DNA of 32,000 nucleotides from Candidatus Saccharimonadota bacterium (GTDB taxonomy: Archaea > Nanohalarchaeota > Nanosalinia > Nanosalinales > Nanosalinaceae), in NCBI RefSeq assembly GCF_047555085.1, contig NZ_CP180230.1, forward strand, positions 720,001 to 752,000, read 5' to 3'. Shown piece by piece: positions 25,505-32,000 of the stretch (positions within the stretch are counted from its first letter, which is position 1; each line of letters opens with the position of its first letter). The translations under genes and the position numbers were made by a program. Below the pieces are notes generated by a model that was not told the origin of the DNA, made no database searches, and was given only the letters and a program-made list of their open reading frames with translations.

Positions 25505-25882
25505 TTATTCCTCTACCAGTGTTGCGTTGACTACGCCGTCCTGTCCAGGCCTTGACGTGATTCTGGCCTTTCCTTCGCTTGTCTGGATGATTGTTCCTTT
25601 GGTTAGGAGGCTTCTGCGGACGTAGTTGTCGTTCGCCGGGTTGTCGACTACTGATTCGATTTCAGCGTTTTTTACTTCTCCGTCGACTGAAATGTTAACT
25701 TTTTCGCTTCTTTTGGCGACGCTTTTCTGTGTGCTTCCTCGTGCGTCTTTAGTTACAACTTTCTGCTCTCCCAGTCCTGGACTGGAGAACTCTCTTCCTA
25801 GATCATACTTTCTGGACTTCCGGTAAGCCCTGGTTTTACCGCCTGACTTCTTTGTCTGGGACCTATCATGTCTTACAGCCAT
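25505..25882 (-). CDS. rps8e: 30S ribosomal protein S8e (eS8)
   Basis: 125 aa: 'RSQTKKSGGK....RKSRKY.LGRE', 'NPANDNYVRRSLLTKGTIIQT..G.ARITSRPGQDGVVNA'. TTTAAATA lies 23 nt upstream of the ATG. Confidence 0.9.
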   Translation of the reverse strand: MAVRHDRSQTKKSGGKTRAYRKSRKYDLGREFSSPGLGEQKVVTKDARGSTQKSVAKRSEKVNISVDGEVKNAEIESVVDNPANDNYVRRSLLTKGTIIQTSEGKARITSRPGQDGVVNATLVEE

Positions 25883-25905
25883 AGAACCTTTTTCAGGCCT
25901 AAAAT

Positions 25906-25913
25906 TATTTAAA
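25906..25913 (-). promoter_or_regulatory. TATA-box-like element upstream of rps8e
   Basis: Minus-strand TTTAAATA lies 23 nt before the ATG at 25882. Confidence 0.5.
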
Positions 25914-25992
25914 ACAGGGCAACATATGGTAGAGAAATCTTGTCGAATACGTACAGAATGAAAAGTAAAGAAAATGATATGGAGTGATCCAA

Positions 25993-26103
25993 TTAACCTA
26001 GGATGCCTCTTGCAGCAGTAACTACCCTGCTTAGAAGCCTGTCCTGTGAGAACTGGACTGGTATCTGATGTCCGGTGTCGTCAAGAAAATCTGACTCAAC
26101 CAT
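25993..26103 (-). CDS. Candidate leaderless small ORF (36 aa) or 5' end of an ncRNA
   Basis: The ATG at 26103 sits 22 nt downstream of the TATA-like TTTATAAG (26126-33). That spacing matches the other leaderless genes here. Translation is MVESDFLDDTGHQIPVQFSQDRLLSRVVTAARGILG. No homology was recognised. Confidence 0.25.
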   Translation of the reverse strand: MVESDFLDDTGHQIPVQFSQDRLLSRVVTAARGILG

Positions 26104-26125
26104 ACTACCAAGATCCCGGTTAAAG

Positions 26126-26133
26126 CTTATAAA
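26126..26133 (-). promoter_or_regulatory. Orphan TATA-box-like element in the rps8e/GTPase spacer
   Basis: Minus-strand TTTATAAG lies 22 nt before the ATG at 26103. Confidence 0.35.
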
Positions 26134-26247
26134 CCTAAACCAAAAAACACGCTTATCGTTCAGAAAGGTTCAAAACCGTTTATACAGGCCTCAAAACAGG
26201 AATAACGATCGCTAAAAGTTCTGGAAATTTCAGGGCCTCTACAGGAC

Positions 26248-27324
26248 CTAAATATGTCTTAGAGTGAGTTGAAGAATATCTTCATCCTCTAACTCATGTT
26301 CAAGGCCTACCTTCTGCTCCGGGAACTTTGAACTAGGCCCTGTCACTCTGGCATGCTTGAATCGATCCTTCATATCGCCTGGCAGGAATTCAAGAGCATC
26401 TTCTATAGTATCTCCTTCTCTGAGGATCAGGGGCTCGTCTTTATCCGGCTCCTCGTTTTTCTCCTTCATGTACACTCTTAACAGCCCCATCTTCTCGAAA
26501 ATCATGTCTCTGAGTTCTCCAAGGCCTTCACCAGTCTCTGCGGAGATCAAAAGATCGTATTCATCGAATTCAGATCTGTCATCAATCATATCTGCCTTGT
26601 TGATGACCTTGATGCCTGGAAGATACTTTCTATTGTCCATAAGCGCATCGATGAATCTGTCAAGGCCTAAATCCTCTCTGATTATTACTTCAGCGTTAGT
26701 ATAGCCGTTTTCATACATTAAATCCTGTATTGTATCTTCCTGTATGTCAAGATCTACTGTTGATGAGACGTTGATTCCTCCCCTGTCCTTTTTCTCTACT
26801 CTAACATTTGGAGGCTTTTTGTTCATTCTGAGGCCTGCTTTATAGACTTCGTCCGTGATCTCCTTTTCTCTCATCTCTTCAGGATCAAGAACTATCAGGA
26901 TAAGATCAGCGTTTCTTACTACGGAGAGTACCTGTGTTCCTCCGCCTCTACCGTCTGCTGCCCCTCCGATGAGGCCTGGGACGTCAAGTATCTGTATATT
27001 TGCTCCTTTATGCTTCAGCATTCCCGGATTAACTTCCAGAGTTGTGAACTCGTATGCACCGGTGTCAACTTCTGCATTCGTTAGCTCGTTGAGAAGTGTT
27101 GATTTGCCGACACTGGGAAAACCGACTAGAGCGACAGTTGCATCGCCTCTTTTTTCAACGGCGTATCCGGATGTATCTCCTGTACCTTTCGCCAGTTTCT
27201 GTTTCTTCTCCTTTAGCTTGGCGATCTGGCTTTTGATACGGCCTCTCTCCTTCTCAGTAGCCTTATTCACAGGAGTTTTCTGGAGTTTTTCCTCCAGTTC
27301 CTCGATACGGTCCTCAACGCCCAT
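26248..27324 (-). CDS. DRG/Obg-family GTPase with C-terminal TGS domain
   Basis: 358 aa. G1 is 'GFPSVGKSTLLN', G2 is 'YEFTTL', G3 is 'DVPGLI' and G4 is 'NKAD'. The N-terminus is a coiled coil, and the C-terminal 'ARV.G.S..F..Q.VG..H.L.DEDI' is TGS-like. Confidence 0.85.
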   Translation of the reverse strand: MGVEDRIEELEEKLQKTPVNKATEKERGRIKSQIAKLKEKKQKLAKGTGDTSGYAVEKRGDATVALVGFPSVGKSTLLNELTNAEVDTGAYEFTTLEVNPGMLKHKGANIQILDVPGLIGGAADGRGGGTQVLSVVRNADLILIVLDPEEMREKEITDEVYKAGLRMNKKPPNVRVEKKDRGGINVSSTVDLDIQEDTIQDLMYENGYTNAEVIIREDLGLDRFIDALMDNRKYLPGIKVINKADMIDDRSEFDEYDLLISAETGEGLGELRDMIFEKMGLLRVYMKEKNEEPDKDEPLILREGDTIEDALEFLPGDMKDRFKHARVTGPSSKFPEQKVGLEHELEDEDILQLTLRHI

Positions 27325-27367
27325 AACTGTAAACGCCTGTACAAACTTGAAAAAACCATCTACATTT

Positions 27368-28585
27368 TCAGCTGATCAGTATTCTTCCGTTCTCAGGCCT
27401 GAAACTGGCTCCTTCCTTCAGACGAGCAGCCCCGAAGCTCAGTATATCAAATGACCCATGCCAGCTCCCTGACAAAACAGTAGAGTTGGAAACATTCAAG
27501 GTAGCTTTAGAGCCCAGAGACTCAAACACAGAAGAGACCTCAGACTGAAAGACAGAAGAAAGCTCGAAAGATCTGCCTGAAATATCGTGAGTTGAGTTCG
27601 ATATACACTCGTTGAAGAGGCCTCTACGATCGCAGATAACGAAATCACTCTGATAGCGTATCAGGACGACTCCTGACCCTCCGTCTCCTCCAGATCCAAA
27701 TTCATAGTTACCTCCTCCGCCACCTCCACCCGTATTTTCCATAGCATTATGACCATCAGCTGATGATGATTGCCCATCGCTTGGCGCAGCACTATTGCCC
27801 CCTCCTCCTTGACCTCCATAGGCAGCTCTCACTTCTCCAGATATATCTGTTCGGCCTTCATGCCCTCCTCCGCCACCTCCTGCAAACCAGCCATTTTCTC
27901 CATATTCATCTCCGAATACATCCCCGTAGTATACTCCATCTCCACCATCTCCTGGCTGTTGAATATATTCATCAGAACATTCAGAATCTAGTCCTGTTTC
28001 TCCAGCACCACCTCCACCAGCTGCTAGACCTGATCTACCACAGTTAACATCGGCATCACCTCCTGAATACCCATTACTTGTCAAAGATTCTCCTCCTGTC
28101 CCATAATCTGTTCCGCCTCCACCTCCTGAAGCACCATCTTTTCCATCACAACCATGTGGTGCACCACCCCCACCTCCCTCAACAGAGATAGATCCGAAAC
28201 TGGATTTCTCACCGTTTTCAGCATTATTTTTCGCTCCATAACCACAGGAACCATCCCCCGGATTAGTTCCTCCGTTACCACCATCTCCAACAGATATAGA
28301 AATAGTATCATTCTGTGAAACATCAACGCTATCATAGACAACACCACCAGCACCACCACCGCCGCCTCTAGTAGCACCGCCTCCACCCCCACCAGCTACT
28401 ACAAGTACGTGTGCCTCATCCACGTTGTCAGGAACAGTCCATGTATGATTACCTACCTGCTCAAAGGCCTTAACCTCGTACTCCTGTGCAGAAGAAATGG
28501 ATAAACCTGCGACCAGGATAAGTATGAACAGGCCTGTAAATTTTCTGAAGCAAGATTTTTGCAACTGATACTGCACCTCTAACAT
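27368..28585 (-). CDS. Secreted or anchored glycine-rich repeat protein
   Basis: 405 aa with an N-terminal hydrophobic segment 'FTGLFILILVAGLSISSAQE'. It carries 'HTWTVPDNVDEAHVLVVAGGGGGG', 'ISISVGDGGNGG' and '..GGSGVVLIRY', as in proteins labelled glycine-rich domain-containing. It also has several Cys residues and a non-Gly C-terminal ~100 aa. Confidence 0.65.
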   Translation of the reverse strand: MLEVQYQLQKSCFRKFTGLFILILVAGLSISSAQEYEVKAFEQVGNHTWTVPDNVDEAHVLVVAGGGGGGATRGGGGGAGGVVYDSVDVSQNDTISISVGDGGNGGTNPGDGSCGYGAKNNAENGEKSSFGSISVEGGGGGAPHGCDGKDGASGGGGGTDYGTGGESLTSNGYSGGDADVNCGRSGLAAGGGGAGETGLDSECSDEYIQQPGDGGDGVYYGDVFGDEYGENGWFAGGGGGGHEGRTDISGEVRAAYGGQGGGGNSAAPSDGQSSSADGHNAMENTGGGGGGGNYEFGSGGDGGSGVVLIRYQSDFVICDRRGLFNECISNSTHDISGRSFELSSVFQSEVSSVFESLGSKATLNVSNSTVLSGSWHGSFDILSFGAARLKEGASFRPENGRILIS

Positions 28586-28706
28586 CTAGTTTCGCATAAC
28601 TGAGTGAAAAAGAAACCCCCATAAGAAGGAAACATTTTACAGATAAATATGAAGATCGATGATAAAAAGAGAATATGCATGGAGGGCCCAGTTGAGGCCT
28701 CTCAGT

Positions 28707-29006
28707 TTACTCTTCGACTTTCTCGATGCTTCCGTCCCTGCTGATGTTCAGCTGGATGTCGTCTGCCCATTCACGGACGTAGGCGCCTTCGATATGTACT
28801 TTAGCTCCTTCCTCGATGGCATCAATTTCCTCTTCCCAAAGCGTCAGGTCGACCTGTCCGGTGTCGTCCTCGAAAACCACAGTAACAATCCTTTTCTGCC
28901 CATATCTTGTGGATACTGCTCTTGGAGTTGGAAGTTCAGCGATTTCTCCTGTGATTTCGACATCGTCAGCTTCAGGGTCGAGTTCCTCAACTGTCATCTC
29001 AGTCAT
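28707..29006 (-). CDS. OB-fold nucleic-acid-binding protein (RPA/SSB-like single OB)
   Basis: 99 aa. The pattern 'V.ITGEI.....R.......G...V....FEDDTGQVDLTLWEEE.....EG..V.IEGAYV.EW......LN' is typical of tRNA_anti/RPA-type OB folds. Confidence 0.55.
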   Translation of the reverse strand: MTEMTVEELDPEADDVEITGEIAELPTPRAVSTRYGQKRIVTVVFEDDTGQVDLTLWEEEIDAIEEGAKVHIEGAYVREWADDIQLNISRDGSIEKVEE

Positions 29007-29034
29007 TATGTATCAACTAACTACCACGTAGCAA

Positions 29035-30012
29035 TTGAAACTTAAAAGGATTTTCCTGCATCTAAGAGGCCTTTCTGCACCTCAAACCGTAAAAACTTTT
29101 ACAGCGAAAAACTTGAATGTGAAAACTCCCTGGGGCTACTCTAAAAAGATCGAACAGCTGGAGGATAAAATCGAACAGCTGGAGGAAGAATTAGAGGCCT
29201 CTAAAAATGAAAAAGAAAAGTTTCAGGAACGCTTCGAGGCTGAAAAAGAAAGAAGAAGCGACCTCTCCAGGAAAAAACAGGAAGCAGAAGAGAAACTGAA
29301 CAAACTTCAGCAGAAGCTGGAGAACAGACCTCAGAAAAATGATAAACAAGAGGAAAAAAGAGAAGATAGAAACAGAGACATCGAACTTGGCTTCGAAGAA
29401 GTAATGAGAGGCCTGGAGAAAACATCTACAGTTAACTCAGATGAAGAGGATTTACTGACTGTCTACAGCGGGAAGAACAGTCTAGACGATTTAAAGGCGC
29501 TGAAGAACTCTGTCAGCCAGGAAGTTTTCACTGAGATCCAGAAAGACGGAAGCTCTGTAGTCTTCACGGATGAAAAGTTTTTCCGCTGGAAGATCAGGAC
29601 AAGGCCTTTCCTAGAAAGCTTCTGGAGCCTTGGGAAAAATTTCAGGCCTGGAAAAATCCTTGATTTTGTAGAGAAGGAAAAGTACTGGGTGCTGGCCTCT
29701 ATGGGAGAGACCGAAATTTTCAGAGAGGCCTCAGGAAGTTTCGAGAAAGTTGATCGCGTGAAGACTCGTGTCAACAGGAAGCAGAAGAAAGGCGGATTCT
29801 CGCAGGGAAGATTTGAGAGGAAGAGGGAAGAACAGATATCAGGACACGTGAAGAAAGTTAACGAGGCCTTGAAAGAAATCAGTGGAGAAATTTTTGTCCT
29901 CGGCGATAAGAGATTGTGCGAGGATATCGATGCAGAGTATCTTGGCGGCTTTGATTCCTCGAGGCCTGTTTCTGCGGATGTATTTTATAACTTCAAGTTC
30001 ATTCGTTTCTAG
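29035..30012 (+). CDS. Vms1/ANKZF1-like (eRF1-fold) peptidyl-tRNA hydrolase homolog with N-terminal coiled coil; N-terminus uncertain
   Basis: 325-aa ORF. 'RKQKKGGFSQGRFERKREEQISGHVKKV' parallels the eRF1 'GRGGQSA.RFARLR......V.KV' loop, with the Gln shifted (GGFSQ). Residues ~35-110 are a K/E-rich coiled coil. Before Met124 the only start candidates are TTG 29035, TTG 29113 and GTG 29119. Confidence 0.5.
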   Translation: MKLKRIFLHLRGLSAPQTVKTFTAKNLNVKTPWGYSKKIEQLEDKIEQLEEELEASKNEKEKFQERFEAEKERRSDLSRKKQEAEEKLNKLQQKLENRPQKNDKQEEKREDRNRDIELGFEEVMRGLEKTSTVNSDEEDLLTVYSGKNSLDDLKALKNSVSQEVFTEIQKDGSSVVFTDEKFFRWKIRTRPFLESFWSLGKNFRPGKILDFVEKEKYWVLASMGETEIFREASGSFEKVDRVKTRVNRKQKKGGFSQGRFERKREEQISGHVKKVNEALKEISGEIFVLGDKRLCEDIDAEYLGGFDSSRPVSADVFYNFKFIRF

Positions 30013-30014
30013 TT

Positions 30015-30719
30015 ATGCCGAATCCGAAAAATGTTTCTGAGGATGAGATCCGTGAAATCTATCAGGGCCTGAAAGATCGTTACGGAGAGGCCCCTGAGCC
30101 GAGCAGCATGTCCGGTGTTGATTATCTTGTTGAAACTATTCTTTCTCAGAACACGAACGATATCAATCGTGACAAGGCCTTCAAGCAGCTGAAAGAAAAA
30201 TACGATTCCTGGGAGAAAGTCGAAAAAGGAGATTACGAGGAGCTTGTCGATACTATCAGAGTAGCGGGATTAGGCCCGACAAAGGCGGAGAGAATACAGG
30301 AGGCCTTGCGGATCACCAGGGAGCGTGAAGATGAGTACAGCATCGAGTTCCTGAACGATATGAGTGTTGAAGAAGGGAAGAAATGGCTGACAGACATCCC
30401 TGGCATAGGCCCCAAGACAGCTGCTGTGATACTTTGCTTCCATTTCAAGAAGCCTGTGATCCCCGTCGATACACATGTCCACAGGATCTCGAAAAGATTC
30501 GAACTAGTGCCGGAGAAGGCCTCGAGGACGAAAAGTCACGACATTTTAGAAGAAATCGTGCCGGATGAAATCAAGTATGGATTCCATAGATTACTTATCA
30601 CGCATGGAAGAGAGACATGTAAATCTAAAGGCCACGTCGACAATGAAAACTGCTTCGAGAGATGTAAGTACTACAGAGAAGTTGTCATAGGCGGAAAAGA
30701 TCCGAAAGAATTCGTTTAA
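30015..30719 (+). CDS. nth: Endonuclease III-like HhH-GPD DNA glycosylase
   Basis: 234 aa: 'LVETILSQNTND.N', 'LGP.KAERIQ', the HhH 'L.DIPGIGPKTAAVIL' and 'VDTHV.RI..R'. The C-terminal Cys cluster looks incomplete (three Cys). Confidence 0.8.
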   Translation: MPNPKNVSEDEIREIYQGLKDRYGEAPEPSSMSGVDYLVETILSQNTNDINRDKAFKQLKEKYDSWEKVEKGDYEELVDTIRVAGLGPTKAERIQEALRITREREDEYSIEFLNDMSVEEGKKWLTDIPGIGPKTAAVILCFHFKKPVIPVDTHVHRISKRFELVPEKASRTKSHDILEEIVPDEIKYGFHRLLITHGRETCKSKGHVDNENCFERCKYYREVVIGGKDPKEFV

Positions 30720-30813
30720 ATTCTGGAAAAATTTTTTTGAGAAAATATATGTGAAAGGCCTGTCTTGCAACAGGCGTGAATTTGTATAGGAACTCAGGAA
30801 ACGACTGGAGGAA

Positions 30814-31038
30814 TTATTCCTCGTGATCGTGGTCGTGTCCTGGCTGTTCCATTCCTTCCTGCTGTTCCTGCATCTCCTCGACGATCTGCTGTGCGCGTTC
30901 GTTGATATCTTCCTGTGAAACGACGTCTTCTTCGTCTAGGATGTTAAGCAGGGCCTGAACTGTAAGTTCAAGGTTACCTAGCTTCTGCTGGAATAGCTGC
31001 ATGATCTGCTGTTCGTTCATTTCTGGTTGTTCTGGCAT
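30814..31038 (-). CDS. Small acidic Gln/Glu-rich protein with His/Asp-rich C-terminal tail
   Basis: 74-aa ORF ending in 'PGHDHDHEE'. No recognised family. Confidence 0.4.
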   Translation of the reverse strand: MPEQPEMNEQQIMQLFQQKLGNLELTVQALLNILDEEDVVSQEDINERAQQIVEEMQEQQEGMEQPGHDHDHEE

Positions 31039-31157
31039 AATTAATTGACACCTCTTAAAGTGAATAAAACAAGAGTTCTCTTGAACTCTTTTAAATGCGC
31101 ATACCTGTCACGAGGAAAAAGAAGGCCTCGAAAGAAAAATAAAGCACAGAAGGCCTT

Positions 31158-31568
31158 TTAAGCCGAGTTAAGAGGGTTTCTGGCTCCGCAGGCCTGGCAC
31201 TTCAGAAGCTGGACGCCTTTTTCCTTAACGATCTCTGTATCAGGGCTGTCACACTCCGGGCAGAAAACAAAGTCTTCAGCGAAGTTCTGTAGCCTTCCCT
31301 GAATATTTCCTCTTCTGAGCTCTCCATTAAGTACAAGCTCTCCCTCCTTCAGTCTTCCTGCAGTACCCAGTTCATTCTGCAGATACTTGGAAAGCCTGTC
31401 CTTCTCCCTGTTAAGCTTATCCGCTATCTCGGAAAAGTTTACAACTATAGTTTTAGATCCATCCTTCCTGGTATCTACTTCAGGCATCTCGAAACGTTCA
31501 CCGGATCCTGATTCTTCCGGTACTTCTTCCAGGCCTTTTTCCAGGAGATCTTCATAATCGTCAGTCAT
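31158..31568 (-). CDS. eif2b: Translation initiation factor aIF-2 beta subunit
   Basis: 136 aa: 'RFEMPEV......KT.V.NF.EIA..L.R......KYL..ELGT.G', and the zinc ribbon 'CPECDSPDT......LKCQACG'. Confidence 0.9.
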   Translation of the reverse strand: MTDDYEDLLEKGLEEVPEESGSGERFEMPEVDTRKDGSKTIVVNFSEIADKLNREKDRLSKYLQNELGTAGRLKEGELVLNGELRRGNIQGRLQNFAEDFVFCPECDSPDTEIVKEKGVQLLKCQACGARNPLNSA

Positions 31569-31609
31569 AAAAGAAAGTTAGAACGTGAATTTCTTAATTC
31601 AAGCGGTAT

Positions 31610-32000
31610 CTACTCTTTTTCAGAAACGGGAAATTCTCCGAACTCAAAATTTTCGTCGGCTTGATACTTCAACTCTATCAGTAACTGAGCTTGTCTCGAC
31701 ATCTCATCAGCATTTTCCGGATACCGCTCCTCTAAATCTAGGGCCTCTGTGACAGATCCACGGACGAATCCTGCGAAATCTCTTTCTCTCAATCTATCTG
31801 CCTGCTCCATCCTCTCCGCTTCAACGGCGTCAAAGGCCCTCTCCATATCCCTCCATGTATCCAGGCCTTCAACGATATCATAAGGAGTGGAACTTCTCCT
31901 TCCCTCTACTTCCTCCAGGCCCAGTATCCTGGGAACATTTGTCTCTGGTATTCCATCGGCGTGCCACTTCCTGTCCGAGTATCTGTCAGAACTATCCGTG
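31610..32000 (-). CDS. Hypothetical protein, 5'-truncated by the window edge
   Basis: I translated upstream of the ORF-track Met (31846). The frame stays open to position 32000 ('..PRILGLEEVEGRRSSTPYDIVEGLDTWRDMERAF..'), so the gene probably starts outside the window. Confidence 0.45.
   Translation of the reverse strand, partial: TDSSDRYSDRKWHADGIPETNVPRILGLEEVEGRRSSTPYDIVEGLDTWRDMERAFDAVEAERMEQADRLRERDFAGFVRGSVTEALDLEERYPENADEMSRQAQLLIELKYQADENFEFGEFPVSEKE

Noticed and set aside
28081-28392. A 103-aa same-strand alternative-frame ORF, and plus-strand ORFs at 27763..28047, inside the glycine-rich gene.
   Set aside because: They are artefacts of the GGN/NCC repetitive codon runs. The main frame has a signal-like N-terminus and coherent family motifs.
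30758-30775. The hairpin GCCTGT-CTTGCA-ACAGGC downstream of the endonuclease III gene as an intrinsic terminator.
   Set aside because: It has only a 6-bp stem and no following T-run on the plus strand. Archaeal termination relies on oligo-T. It is probably incidental, apart from overlapping an AGGCCT copy.
1-32000. CRISPR arrays, IS elements or transposases, and rRNA genes.
   Set aside because: I noticed no regularly spaced short direct repeats, no terminal inverted repeats flanking a transposase-like ORF, and no rRNA-like sequence on either strand.
1-32000. AGGCCT enrichment as a by-product of amino-acid or codon preference.
   Set aside because: The hexamer is found in all three codon phases on coding strands and is at least as frequent in non-coding spacers. 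Proper codon-shuffled statistics are still needed.

Overview
Archaeal chromosome segment. The evidence is a split rpoB, rpoH, aIF-2beta, ribosomal protein S8e, an Sm protein and an intron-containing tRNA. The proteome is very acidic and proteins are compact, which fits a small-genome extreme halophile such as a nanohaloarchaeon; that assignment is inference only. Most genes are on the minus strand. The core (6.4-17.0 kb) is rpoH-rpoB''-rpoB'-rpoA'-rpoA''-nusA-(ABC1 kinase)-rps12-rps7. Other housekeeping genes include radC-like, nucS, tRNA-Lys(UUU) with a 62-nt intron, rps8e, a DRG GTPase, a Vms1-like release-factor homolog, an endonuclease III-like gene and aIF-2beta. The accessory content is more unusual. 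(1) Seven LamG/concanavalin-like proteins carry 10 LamG units between them. They include two paralogous three-gene modules (56-2823 and 19269-22048). Their termini and linkers are nucleotide-identical, but their domain cores cannot be aligned. (2) Module 1 sits in a tight cluster with tatA/tatC, a 94-aa protein that carries the only twin-arginine signal, and a tandem-repeat protein. This cluster lies where EF-2/EF-1alpha normally follow rps7. (3) The palindrome AGGCCT occurs about 129 times by my manual scan, against roughly 6 expected. It is found in all codon frames and in nearly every intergenic spacer. (4) The conserved N-terminal 59 codons of rpoB' have no canonical start codon. (5) One gene fuses an asparagine-synthase-like enzyme to a Dph6-like domain. 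No CRISPR array, transposase, integrase or rRNA gene was seen.
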